From an uncultured Nitrososphaerota archaeon (lineage in GTDB: Archaea; Korarchaeota; Korarchaeia; Korarchaeales; Korarchaeaceae), in assembly GCA_964594835.1 (NCBI GenBank), contig CAZQNA010000003.1, positions 133,295-197,294 on the forward strand: a stretch of 64,000 nt of DNA. Direction: 5' to 3'. This document shows positions 26,354 through 35,923 of the stretch, in pieces. How positions within the stretch are numbered: the stretch's first letter is position 1; every line of letters starts with the position of its first letter. The position numbers and the translations under genes were made by a program. The notes beneath the pieces are model-generated. The model had not been told where the DNA came from, did not search any database, and saw only the letters and a program-made list of their open reading frames with translations.

Positions 26354-27109
26354 ATGGCCTGCTCGCTGCTGCTCCTCACGGCGGTCGAGGGGGTGCGAAG
26401 GACAGCGCGACCACGAGCCGGCAGCCCCCGTGGGGAGGCCGCCCTCCTGGACTCCCTGGCCATAGAGTTCCCCAACCCCCAGCTGGAGGGGGAGATCCGC
26501 GAGGCCCTTGGGCGGGTCAACCTCTCCCTGGACGTTTACACCCACTGGAACGTCTCGGTCGACCTGTATCGGAGGCTCCCCACTCTGGGCTACAGGCTCG
26601 TGGTCTTCCGCGTCCACACGGCGGCCTACTACCGGGAGGGCGTGCCTGTTCACGTCGCCCTCGGGACCGGGGAGCCGTACTCCCCCGGCAGGTACGTGGA
26701 CCTGCAGGTCTCCAAGAGGCTGGGCGCGCTGGTTCTCCTCAAGTCTGACGACCGGTACTTCGCGGTCCCGCCGGAGTTCGTGAGGCACGAGATGGAGGGA
26801 GGCTTCGACGGCGCCGTCCTGATACTCCCGGGCTGCGCGGGGCTCATCACCAACGTCACGGCCCAGGCCCTGGTGGATCGGGGGGCGTCCGTCGTCATCG
26901 GGTGGGACGGGGACGTGTCGGTCTCCCACTCCGACGCTGCGGCCGCGGCGCTCGTGAGGCTGCTGGCCGACGGGAAGACCGTCGAGGAGGCCGTCAACGA
27001 GGTGATGAGGACCCTGGGTCCAGATCCCCAGTACGGGTCGAGGCTCCTCTGGTATCCCCGCGATGCCGGGGGCGTCAGGCTCGAGGGGTCCGGCGCGGGA
27101 ATACCTTAA
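26354..27109 (+). CDS. Secreted/anchored protein, possible caspase/gingipain-like fold
   Basis: VFRVH...LILPGC...VIGWDGDV pattern. Confidence 0.6.
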   Translation: MACSLLLLTAVEGVRRTARPRAGSPRGEAALLDSLAIEFPNPQLEGEIREALGRVNLSLDVYTHWNVSVDLYRRLPTLGYRLVVFRVHTAAYYREGVPVHVALGTGEPYSPGRYVDLQVSKRLGALVLLKSDDRYFAVPPEFVRHEMEGGFDGAVLILPGCAGLITNVTAQALVDRGASVVIGWDGDVSVSHSDAAAAALVRLLADGKTVEEAVNEVMRTLGPDPQYGSRLLWYPRDAGGVRLEGSGAGIP

Positions 27110-27134
27110 ATCCCCGCACGCCTCCGGCCTTGAG

Positions 27135-28145
27135 GTGGTCAAGAGGCGCAAGATTACCGAACTGCTCACCCTTTCCCTGATTCTCCTACTCCTGGCTGCG
27201 GTACCCGACCTCTCGGGGCCCATCGCCCGGGTGGAGGGCTCGCCCCAAGGTGTGGCGATCATCGCCAACTCGTACGACCTTCCTGCCGCCCAGGCCATAC
27301 AGGAGCGCCTTCAGGCGGCTGGGGTCGAGGTCGCTCTCCTGAGCCCAGATAGCGCCTCAGAGGTGGGTGATAGGTTCCCCCTCATCCTGGGCGGGCCTGA
27401 CGCCTACGAGGGGGTTGGAGAGATCTCAGCGGAGGTCCTGAACGACACCGACGAGGACTGGCTCAGGCAGGTCGAGGGGGCGCTCATCGTCTACCTCGGG
27501 TACTGGGGGAACCGGACGGCCGTCGTCATAGCCGGCAGGACGAGGAACGAGACCCTGCTGGCGGCAAGGCTTTACGCCACCTCCGGCTTCCCCGGCTCGC
27601 CGGTCTCGGCCGCCATGACCAGCCTGGAGCCGAGGGGCATCTCCGCCGGCCAGTACGCCAACTACTCCACCATGATAATCTCGCCCTACGGGGACAACGT
27701 GACGGGGTTCATGCTCTACACAGTCTCCTCCGGCATCCTCGCCGGGGTGCGGGGGATCGTGATAGTTCAGAGCGCGATAAACGTCTACGCCCCCCAGTCG
27801 AACGCGACCAGCGTGGCCTACTACCTCGCGAACGGGTCGATATGCACGTACGCCTCGATCACTGGCGCCGGGGTAGGCAGCTTCACCTCCAACCTTACTT
27901 GCCAGCCGTGGGAGCCGCCGAACCTCACGGGTCAGGAGATCCCTCGCGTACTGGGGAGGGCCACGGCCGAGTACAGGGAGGTCCCGGCGGGCAGCTTCTA
28001 CTGCGCCAAGTTCTCGAGGGAGACCGGGGCCGTCTGGGTGAGCCCGGACATCCCGATAACCGGGATAGTCGAGGTGGTCGACTACCAGCCCGGGGGCCCG
28101 CTGTCGGTCATGACCCTGATAGAGTACTCCTGGGGCGGGGGGTGA
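27135..28145 (+). CDS. Secreted surface protein (S-layer/cell-wall-binding-like domain)
   Basis: Signal peptide; ILGGPDAYEGVG, IAGRTRNET; EVPAGSF repeat-type motif; many NxT/S sequons. Confidence 0.7.
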   Translation: MVKRRKITELLTLSLILLLLAAVPDLSGPIARVEGSPQGVAIIANSYDLPAAQAIQERLQAAGVEVALLSPDSASEVGDRFPLILGGPDAYEGVGEISAEVLNDTDEDWLRQVEGALIVYLGYWGNRTAVVIAGRTRNETLLAARLYATSGFPGSPVSAAMTSLEPRGISAGQYANYSTMIISPYGDNVTGFMLYTVSSGILAGVRGIVIVQSAINVYAPQSNATSVAYYLANGSICTYASITGAGVGSFTSNLTCQPWEPPNLTGQEIPRVLGRATAEYREVPAGSFYCAKFSRETGAVWVSPDIPITGIVEVVDYQPGGPLSVMTLIEYSWGGG

Positions 28146-28477
28146 GCGTGGAGGGCTTTGGAGGGGAGGGGACCGTCAGGCAGAGGATCGTGAGGATCCT
28201 CTCCTCCGCCGATCACCCGATGACCGCAGCGGAGATAGCCCGAGAACTCGGGCTGCCGCCGGGAGAGGCGAGATCCGTCTACTCTCACCTGGAGCACGTG
28301 GCCAAGACGCTCAATCGGACCTACGGCGGGTCCCTCGTCCTGCTTATGGAGCCCCCGTACTGCAGGAAGTGCGGCTACGTCTTCAGGAGCCTCAAGAAGC
28401 CCAGGAGGCCCAGCAAGTGCCCAAAGTGCGGGAGCGAGTGGATAGAGCCCCCCAGGTTCATAGTCGGTCGGCCCTGA
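28142..28477 (+). CDS. HTH + Zn-ribbon transcriptional regulator (COG3357-like)
   Basis: TVRQRI, HLEHVAKT, CRKCGYVF, PSKCPKCGSEWIEPPRF. Confidence 0.9.
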   Translation: MSVEGFGGEGTVRQRIVRILSSADHPMTAAEIARELGLPPGEARSVYSHLEHVAKTLNRTYGGSLVLLMEPPYCRKCGYVFRSLKKPRRPSKCPKCGSEWIEPPRFIVGRP

Positions 28478-29015
28478 CGGGCCCCCTCGCCCCGGACCCC
28501 AGGAGGAGGCCCACGAGAGACTCGGCCTTGGGGACGAGGAGCGAGAAGGTCGCGGCGTTCGACAGCTCGTGGATAAGGGCGAAGGGGATCCCAGCTACCA
28601 GCGCCGCCCGAACGGGGAGGCCGAAGGTCAGGGCGAACGCCGCGTTCGTAAGGATGTCGTAGGCCAGGGTCGTCAAGAATCCGACTGCCGCCAGCGTCGA
28701 GGACCTGACCCCGCCCCCCGCCCTGCCGGAGATCCACCCGGCCAGGGCGTAGACCCACTCCCCTAGGACGGTGGCCACCCAGACCGTAGGGACGAACCCG
28801 TACGGGTTGAAAAATCCATAGACGGTCCAGGTGAGGCTCGCCACGGCTATGCCGTCTATCGGCCCGAGGGAGAGGCCAGCCAGGAAGACCACCGAGTCCA
28901 TGAGCTTCACGTTGGGAACGCCCGTAAGGGCGTAGTTGGTCGCGATGGAGAGGGCGGAGAGCAGGCCTATGATGGCCGCCCTCCTGGTCTGATCCCCTCC
29001 GCGGGTCAACAACAT
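28458..29015 (-). CDS. ECF transporter S component (CbrT-like)
   Basis: PNVK, GIPFALIHELSN; hydrophobic. Confidence 0.8.
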   Translation of the reverse strand: MLLTRGGDQTRRAAIIGLLSALSIATNYALTGVPNVKLMDSVVFLAGLSLGPIDGIAVASLTWTVYGFFNPYGFVPTVWVATVLGEWVYALAGWISGRAGGGVRSSTLAAVGFLTTLAYDILTNAAFALTFGLPVRAALVAGIPFALIHELSNAATFSLLVPKAESLVGLLLGSGARGPVRADRL

Positions 29016-29030
29016 CCCCTCACGATCGCG

Positions 29031-29501
29031 TCACGGCGGCGTCGGGAGCGGGCTCTGGGAGGTGTCCTCGTAGTACCAGAGCAGGGTCTCGCCGTCGGCC
29101 ACCACGTACCTGTCGGCGGCCACAGGACCCTCCTGCCACCCTCCCCACTCGGTCCACATCCACCACATCCAGTAGTAGGGGTCCTTGTTCTCGATCCCGT
29201 TGATGGACTGCACGAACGCCCCCATCCCCGGATAGACCGTGAAGTTCACCTCCGCCACCTCGCTCGTCACGTCCAGGAGGGTGGAACCCCTCGTCACCCT
29301 GGTTCCGTTGTGCCAGGTCACTTCCCCGCCCTGAACTCCGATCCCCAGATTGACGGTGATGTACTCGGTGGATCCAGACCCACCGGAACTCTCAAGACGT
29401 TTATTCGCCTCGATCAGGTTGCTCCTATAGTAGACTGCCAACATGGACGCTGAGATGGCCCAGACAAGTAGGAGGGCCGAGACGGCGACCCACCGCTCCA
29501 T
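29031..29501 (-). CDS. DUF4430-domain membrane-anchored protein
   Basis: GAFVQSING...YWMWW...VAAD...GETLLWYY. Confidence 0.85.
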   Translation of the reverse strand: MERWVAVSALLLVWAISASMLAVYYRSNLIEANKRLESSGGSGSTEYITVNLGIGVQGGEVTWHNGTRVTRGSTLLDVTSEVAEVNFTVYPGMGAFVQSINGIENKDPYYWMWWMWTEWGGWQEGPVAADRYVVADGETLLWYYEDTSQSPLPTPP

Positions 29502-29569
29502 CGGATCACCGGATGGATAATCCATCCATACTCATATTAAGTTTCCCTCCGGGGCGTCTGGTGAAGGAG

Positions 29570-30268
29570 ATGAGGGAGTCCCCGCCCCTGAAGGATCTGA
29601 TCCTCACGCTCGAATCCCTTGTCGAAAAGAAACCAGGTCCAGAGGCCAGGTTTCGGGCTGAACATGCTCTACTCGCCCTGATCAAGCTGCGGCGCAGGAG
29701 GATCGGGAGGAGGTCCCTGGCGGCGGAGCTGGGCCTGGGGGAGGGGAGCGTCAGGAGCCTCCTCCGGAGGCTGGGGTCAGCCGGGTTAGTCGAGAGCTCC
29801 AGGTCGGGGTGGGGACTGACTCGGTCCGGCGAGGAGTTCGTCCGCCAGCTGGAGGCGCTCCTCCAGGGGCCGGTCAGGGTGGGGGCGGGGGATCTGACCG
29901 TCAGCTCCAGGGACGCCGCGATTCTCGTGAGGGGAGGGGCAAGGGGGGTCACGACGGGCCTGGGGATAAGGGACGCGGCGTTCAGGGCCGGCGCGGACGG
30001 GGCCACGGTCCTCGTCCTGGAGTCGGGCGATGTTTACTTCCCCGACGGGGTGAGGTGCCCTGACGACCTCCAGAGAAGGGCCCGGGAGATATCGAGGATC
30101 CTCGGCGCCGGGGATGGAGACGCCATCATCATCGGGACGTCCGAGGACCAGAACCTCGCCGAACTCGGGGCAGCGGCCGGGGCCCTGAGCCTTCTGAGGA
30201 GGCTCGCCTCACCTGGCCCTGGCCGTGAGGGCGTCCGCCAGCGCCACCAGGGCGGCCCTCTCCCATGA
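29570..30268 (+). CDS. HTH regulator (DUF4443-like)
   Basis: IGRRSLAAELGLGEGSVR HTH; GIRDAAFRAGADGATVL. Confidence 0.8.
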   Translation: MRESPPLKDLILTLESLVEKKPGPEARFRAEHALLALIKLRRRRIGRRSLAAELGLGEGSVRSLLRRLGSAGLVESSRSGWGLTRSGEEFVRQLEALLQGPVRVGAGDLTVSSRDAAILVRGGARGVTTGLGIRDAAFRAGADGATVLVLESGDVYFPDGVRCPDDLQRRAREISRILGAGDGDAIIIGTSEDQNLAELGAAAGALSLLRRLASPGPGREGVRQRHQGGPLP

Positions 30269-30895
30269 GTCCTGGGGCTGCTCCCAGGCTCGCCTCTCCA
30301 GCCCGGCCGCCAGCCTGACGGCGTACTCCCTGGGCGCCCCCTCCGCCAGCGCCTTCAGGCCTATCAGGATCGCCTCCAGCGCCTCGCTGCTGGAGGAGAT
30401 CTTAAGGACCACGTTGGAGAGCTCCTCGTAGGCCCTTTCCACGTCTCCGCCGTGAGCTATCGCCAGGGCCGTCCTTATCCTGCTGAGCGACCTGGTCTCC
30501 GCCTCCAGGTCCTCCAACTGGAAGGCCCTCTTGGAGATCTCCCTCTCCAGCTCTGACCTCCTCCCCTCCAGCCTGGATGAGCCCAGCCTGAGGATGCCCC
30601 AGAGGACGAACGCCCCCGCCAGCGCGGCCAGCGTCACGAAACGCTGGAGCCAGGGCGGGACCCTCCCGGAGGGCATCAGCATCATCGACGCTATCACTAT
30701 GGCCGCTAGGAGGACGGTTCCCTCGAGGACCCTCCTCACGAGCCTGTCCACCTTGTCCGACAGGGAGGACTCCTCCTCCCTGAGCCTCGATATCGTGTTC
30801 TCAAGGGATGCCAGCCTCGACTCGAGGTCGTCGATCCTCTTGTCGAGGACGGCCAGCGCCAAGCTGAGGTCCAGCCCCGTCAACTCCGACGACAT
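30209..30895 (-). CDS. Coiled-coil 2-TM hypothetical protein
   Basis: Heptad-rich segments flank two TMs. Confidence 0.7.
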   Translation of the reverse strand: MSSELTGLDLSLALAVLDKRIDDLESRLASLENTISRLREEESSLSDKVDRLVRRVLEGTVLLAAIVIASMMLMPSGRVPPWLQRFVTLAALAGAFVLWGILRLGSSRLEGRRSELEREISKRAFQLEDLEAETRSLSRIRTALAIAHGGDVERAYEELSNVVLKISSSSEALEAILIGLKALAEGAPREYAVRLAAGLERRAWEQPQDSWERAALVALADALTARAR

Positions 30896-30956
30896 TCCCG
30901 ATCAGCCGCCGTCACACAGGCAAAAAGGTATTCCCTCGGCCCTCGACGGGGGCTGG

Positions 30957-31352
30957 TTACCTACCCTTCCTACCGAGGTACCTCTGGAACAGCGCCCTGT
31001 GCCTCTCGTACACCTCGGCCCTGAGCCTGTTGAACTCCTCCTGCGTTATCGCCCCCCTCTCGAGCCTCATCCTGAGGTCCCTCATCTCTTCCATGAACGA
31101 GAGGAACTCGGGGTCGAGCCCCCTGCGGGCCCCCGGCTCCTCTGGGGACGGGAGCGCCGCCCCAGCGAAGAAGGCGGCGGCACCCAGAGCGCCGAGCACC
31201 AGGGGGACCTTGGTGCTTGACGCGAGGAACCCCTCGACGAGGCGGTTTTGACTGGTCTGCAGGTCCGGGAGGGTGGCCTGCCTGCTGAGAGAGAGCAGGA
31301 ACATGGCCGACACCATGAGGACGAGTCCGGCGAGCGCCACGAGGGGACGCAT
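30957..31352 (-). CDS. SHOCT-domain membrane protein
   Basis: LRMRLERGAITQEEFNRLR. Confidence 0.75.
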   Translation of the reverse strand: MRPLVALAGLVLMVSAMFLLSLSRQATLPDLQTSQNRLVEGFLASSTKVPLVLGALGAAAFFAGAALPSPEEPGARRGLDPEFLSFMEEMRDLRMRLERGAITQEEFNRLRAEVYERHRALFQRYLGRKGR

Positions 31353-31472
31353 TTTTCGCGGCGGGCCCTGCCGGTAAACTAAAAAACCTGAGGTCCGACG
31401 GAGTCGAGCTGGAGTCTCCTTTAAACCATCTCCTTGAATAAGTCCCTCACAAACAATAGTTTCCCCCGGCGG

Positions 31473-32396
31473 TCATCCGATCAGTCTCTTCACCAAGTCA
31501 ACCCACGCCGAGGCCAGGGCTGAGCCGAGGTACCCTCCCCCTCCGACTGCGACGACCCTTCCGGCCGCGTGGTCGTTTGCGACCATCAGGACAGCATCGA
31601 CAAAGCTCAGGTAGCCGGAGACGCTGTACTGAAGGTGAGTCAGGGGGTCACCGGCCAGTCCGTCGGCCCCGGCCTGGAGGAACACGATCTCCGGCCTGGC
31701 CAGCGCCGCGAACTCCTCCAGCTCCCGCGCGGCCTCCGCAAGCTCCTCGTCCCCGGCCCCTGGGGGGAGGGGGACGTTTCTCTTGGTCCCCTCAGCCTCT
31801 CCGGCGCCCGTCTCGCGCCTGAACCCCGTCCCCGGGTAGAGGTACCTCCCGTCCTCGTGGACGTCGAATATCCAAACCCTCGGATCCTCGTAGAACCCGT
31901 AGAAGACCCCGTCCCCGTGGTGTGCGTCCAGGTCCACGTACAGGACCCTCTCCACGCCTGACCTCAGGGCGAACTCTATGGCAACCCCGACGTCGTTGAA
32001 GACACAGAAGCCGGCGGCTCGGTCCCTGCGCGCGTGGTGAAATCCGCCCACCGGGTTGAATGCCCTCAGGCTCTCCCCCTCCAGGACTGATTCAGCGGCC
32101 CGGAGCGTGGCCCCGACGACCCACAGCGCGGCCTCGTAGACCCCGGGATAGGCGGGGGTGTCCCCGTAGTCGAGGTACCCCCTCCCGAGCCTCGACGCCC
32201 CCTCGACGAACTCGACGTAGGAGGGGGAGTGGAAGAGTTCCACCTCCTCCCTTCCGGCCATCCTGGGGCTGCAGAGCGTCACCCCGGGCAGGCGGTCCAC
32301 TCCCTGATCCTCCACCGCCCTGGCGAAGGCCTCGTACCTGTCCGAGCGGAGCGGGTGGGGTTTGGGAAAGGAGTACAGCTTCAGCTCCTCCCCCAT
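31473..32396 (-). CDS. Histone deacetylase / AcuC-family deacetylase
   Basis: GGFHHA, GFC, DLDAHHGDG, GADGLAGDPL, GGGGY. Confidence 0.93.
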   Translation of the reverse strand: MGEELKLYSFPKPHPLRSDRYEAFARAVEDQGVDRLPGVTLCSPRMAGREEVELFHSPSYVEFVEGASRLGRGYLDYGDTPAYPGVYEAALWVVGATLRAAESVLEGESLRAFNPVGGFHHARRDRAAGFCVFNDVGVAIEFALRSGVERVLYVDLDAHHGDGVFYGFYEDPRVWIFDVHEDGRYLYPGTGFRRETGAGEAEGTKRNVPLPPGAGDEELAEAARELEEFAALARPEIVFLQAGADGLAGDPLTHLQYSVSGYLSFVDAVLMVANDHAAGRVVAVGGGGYLGSALASAWVDLVKRLIG

Positions 32397-32422
32397 AACG
32401 AGGCAGAGCCTGTGGGAGGACT

Positions 32423-33595
32423 TCAGGCCCGTATCTCCTCCCTCCTCACGGTGTACTTCTCCACCCTCTCCTCCAGGACCTCAACACCTATCCCCGGTCC
32501 AGTTGGAACGCTGAGGGTTCCGTCGGCGTTCAGGTACCAAGGGGGATCCACGAGGTCCTCCTCGTAGTACCGGTCGCTGGCGGAGATGTCGGAGGGCATC
32601 ATCACTCCTGGCAGGGAGGCAGCGGCCACCTGAAACGCCCTACCGATCCCGGTCTCCAGGAGTCCGCCGATCCACAGGGGCCTGCCCGCGGAGGATGCCC
32701 AGAGGTCGTGGATCTGGAGGGACTCCACGAGGCCGCCCACCCTCGCCGGCTTGAGGTTCAGGATCATTGCCGAGTCCAGCTGGAGGGCTTCCACGGCATC
32801 ATCCACGCTCTCCACGCTCTCGTCGAGGCACAGCGGGGTCTCGAGGCGCCTCGCGAGCTCAGCGTGGGCCAGGAGGTTCCGGGGCCTCAAAGGCTGCTCT
32901 ATCATCATGAGGCCGAACCCGTCCAGGGCCCTTAGCCTCTCCACGTCCGCGAGCGTGTAGGCCCCATTGGCGTCCACCATCAGCCTAAGATCCGGGTGGG
33001 CGTCCCTCACCGCCTTGACCGGCTGCCGATCCCAACCCGGCCTTATCTTGAGCTTTACCCGCCTGTACCCCCTCTCGAGGTAGCCCTCGACCACCTTGAG
33101 GGTCTGCTCCGCGTCGGGCTGGATGCCCACGCTCACCCCCACCTCGATCCTGTCTTTCGTCCCCCCTATCAGGTCCCTCAGGGGTCTCCCCTCCAGCTTC
33201 GCCCTCAGGTCCCAGAGGGCGAACTCCAGCCCGGCCCTCGCCATCCTGTGCCCCCTGACCCTCGAGGTCCTCTGCAGAAACTCCTCCGGCCCGTCGATCT
33301 CCGACCCGACTATCGGGGGGATTAGGAAGTCCCTGGAAACGTGCCAGGCGGTCGAGACGGTCTCCGGACTGTACCACGGTCCTATCGAGACCGGGGCCTC
33401 CCCCCAGCCCACCTCTCCTCCCCTCTCCTCCACTCGGAACAGCAGGGTGTGTCTAACGTTCTCGACCCCGAAGCTGGTCTCGAAGGGCTCAACGAGACCC
33501 ATGGCAACGTGAAACATCTCCACGCTGCGCACCAGCACGAGGCGAGGGCGGCGAGAATACGTAATAACCCGTTCGTGGCGCGGGCCGAACCTCAC
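32423..33595 (-). CDS. menC: o-succinylbenzoate synthase / N-acylamino acid racemase (enolase superfamily)
   Basis: PFETSFG, KLKI, DAN, IEQP, LDES, NLKPARVGG, SDISAS. Confidence 0.88.
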   Translation of the reverse strand: MRFGPRHERVITYSRRPRLVLVRSVEMFHVAMGLVEPFETSFGVENVRHTLLFRVEERGGEVGWGEAPVSIGPWYSPETVSTAWHVSRDFLIPPIVGSEIDGPEEFLQRTSRVRGHRMARAGLEFALWDLRAKLEGRPLRDLIGGTKDRIEVGVSVGIQPDAEQTLKVVEGYLERGYRRVKLKIRPGWDRQPVKAVRDAHPDLRLMVDANGAYTLADVERLRALDGFGLMMIEQPLRPRNLLAHAELARRLETPLCLDESVESVDDAVEALQLDSAMILNLKPARVGGLVESLQIHDLWASSAGRPLWIGGLLETGIGRAFQVAAASLPGVMMPSDISASDRYYEEDLVDPPWYLNADGTLSVPTGPGIGVEVLEERVEKYTVRREEIRA

Positions 33596-35736
33596 GGAGG
33601 TCCCATCGGAGGCCTAACCCCGAGCGCCCAGGCGATGTCCGCCAGGGCGGCCGGGTCGGCCACCTCTATCAGGACCGTGCAGCCCGGCATGCTCGTCGAT
33701 AGCCCGCCGAGGAGCGCCTGAAGCGCCCTCGACCTCGCACCTGGGGGCGCGAGGGTCAGGTCCACCTGCACTTCGAGCCTGCCGCCGGCCTCCCAGGCCA
33801 GAGAGAGTGGGCCGACCACCTCTGGAGTGGGTGGGACGTGAATCACGACGTAGTCCGCGACCTCGAGGGCCCTCCGGAGGTCTCCGGGGTCGATCCTGCC
33901 TATCAGACCGACGCCGAACTCCTGCCCCCCGGACCTCACCTCCCCTCCCACCGCCTCAACGTCGACGGACCTCAGGACGCGGGCGGTCCCGGATATCCTC
34001 ACGGCGTCTGCGATTCCCCTCAGCTCGGCGGAGGCGAGCGCCGCGAGCTGGCCAGCGGATCGGTCCCTCGCCACGAGCACCACCTCGAGCCTCTGGACGT
34101 AGGGAGAAGCCGCTCTGGTGAACTCCAGGGCCGACTCCACCCCCTCGGCTGTCGCCGGCGCAGAGATGGAGAGCCTCTCGGGCCTCAACTCTCTGATCGG
34201 CCCCAGCCACTCGATCGGATCCGAGCCGGGGCGGAGCCTAACCAGCAGCCCGACCTCCAAGGACTCCAGACTGACGGCCCTGGAGGGAGGGGCGGCGTAG
34301 AACACCACGAACGGACCTATCTCAGCCAGTATGTCCACCTCCCTATCCCTAGCCTCCCTGGGGAGGTCTCGGCGCAGGGACACAAAGATGCCACTCTTCC
34401 TCCCCTCCGCGACGGCCCGGAGCATCTCCTCCGTCCTGACCTCCCAGTACATACCGCCGTCGGTGAGCCTGCCGGAGAGGAGGGTTATGCAGTCGGCCAG
34501 GGAACCGACGCCGACGTGAATTATCTCCCCCTCTGGCACGTTCTCCTCTATCCACCTGGCCAGCTCATGCACGTAGGGGTTGGTCACGCTGTACAGCCTC
34601 CACTTGGGTGGTATCACCTCCTCCATCCCGCCGCCAAGCTCCCTGATGATTGGCGTCGGCCCGCCAGCCATGGGCCCCAGGGCGCGCCCCGCGACGGACG
34701 GGGCGAACACCGATGAGATCAGGGCAAATGAGGCTACAAGTCCGTAGACGACCCTTCGGCCCAGGCGATGTCGGATCCCGTCCACCAGCCAGCCGAACCC
34801 GACGGCGGCGATGGCGCAGTTGACGGGCGGGGAGTGGAGGAAGTACCTCGGGCCGTAGGTGGGGAGGATCGCCAGAAAGGCGGCGCCCGCGCCCAGGAGG
34901 ATCCTGCCCCTGGTCCCAGCCCTGTAGGCCGCGTATATCCCCGCGGGGAGGAGGAGAAGCACGAAGAGGTCGACGGTCAGGAGGCCCAAGAGGGTCCTCC
35001 CGCCGGCCGCCATCTTACCGGCCTGGATCGCCTCGCTGTTGGACAGGACGTGGAGGGCCCAGGGGGTGAAGAGGAGGAGCGACGCCCCGCCGACCTTCAG
35101 GGCCTCCCTGATGTAGCCGGAGTCCAGCGGCAGGGACAGCAGCCCCCCGAAGATCAGCGAGATGAGGACGACGTACGGGAGGCCCAGGTGGGAGTACAGG
35201 AAGGCCGTCATCAGCAGGACCGCCGGGACCGTTTTCTTCCGCCAGAAGAAGTAGAGGAGAGGCATGAAGAGCGCCATAATCATGGCCGTCGGGGCTACGG
35301 AGAGCTGCCAGGTCCAGAACCTAGGGTCGGCCGACAGCAGGCCGGCATACACTGCGCCGATCTCGGGGCCGAACATCTTCCTGACCGCGATCCACGAGAG
35401 GAGGAGCGACGTGGGATACTGGGCAAGGGCTATGAGCCTGCCGACGGAGACGAAGTCCAGCCCGGTCAGCGAGTGGATCCACCAGATTATGACGTGAAGG
35501 AGGGGCGGGTAGAGCTGGGGCCTGCCCACCGGAGCGTACTCGTAGTAGTCCCAGAGGACGACCCTCCCGAAGTCGGAGTACATCTTCCCTATCAGCAGGT
35601 GGTAGGGGGTGTCGTAGGAGAAGGGGAGCTTGTCCCTGTTGACCAGCAGAAGCGCGGCGTGAAGCGCCACCAGTCCGAGGGGTATGAGGTCTAGTGGGTG
35701 TACCCTAAGGCTGAACTCAAGCTTGAGACGCCTCAA
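33592..35736 (-). CDS. GT-C-type integral membrane glycosyltransferase-like protein with soluble C-terminal domain
   Basis: DTPYHL and YEYAPVGRPQLYPPLLH after TM1; many TMs. Confidence 0.7.
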   Translation of the reverse strand: MRRLKLEFSLRVHPLDLIPLGLVALHAALLLVNRDKLPFSYDTPYHLLIGKMYSDFGRVVLWDYYEYAPVGRPQLYPPLLHVIIWWIHSLTGLDFVSVGRLIALAQYPTSLLLSWIAVRKMFGPEIGAVYAGLLSADPRFWTWQLSVAPTAMIMALFMPLLYFFWRKKTVPAVLLMTAFLYSHLGLPYVVLISLIFGGLLSLPLDSGYIREALKVGGASLLLFTPWALHVLSNSEAIQAGKMAAGGRTLLGLLTVDLFVLLLLPAGIYAAYRAGTRGRILLGAGAAFLAILPTYGPRYFLHSPPVNCAIAAVGFGWLVDGIRHRLGRRVVYGLVASFALISSVFAPSVAGRALGPMAGGPTPIIRELGGGMEEVIPPKWRLYSVTNPYVHELARWIEENVPEGEIIHVGVGSLADCITLLSGRLTDGGMYWEVRTEEMLRAVAEGRKSGIFVSLRRDLPREARDREVDILAEIGPFVVFYAAPPSRAVSLESLEVGLLVRLRPGSDPIEWLGPIRELRPERLSISAPATAEGVESALEFTRAASPYVQRLEVVLVARDRSAGQLAALASAELRGIADAVRISGTARVLRSVDVEAVGGEVRSGGQEFGVGLIGRIDPGDLRRALEVADYVVIHVPPTPEVVGPLSLAWEAGGRLEVQVDLTLAPPGARSRALQALLGGLSTSMPGCTVLIEVADPAALADIAWALGVRPPMGPP

Positions 35737-35923
35737 TGCCTCCCCGCCCCCCTCCCTCGGTACTGAAGGGGGATATAGAGGATTGCGCGAAACGGGAGAG
35801 AAACGCCGAAGGCGGCGGGTAGTGCTGTCGCCATCCTCCCTGGCTCGGCGCTCTTCGGCGTGGTTGACGTCAGGGTGATTTTCAGTGGAGGATTGGCCCT
35901 CAGCCAGCGGCCGACCTGCCTTC

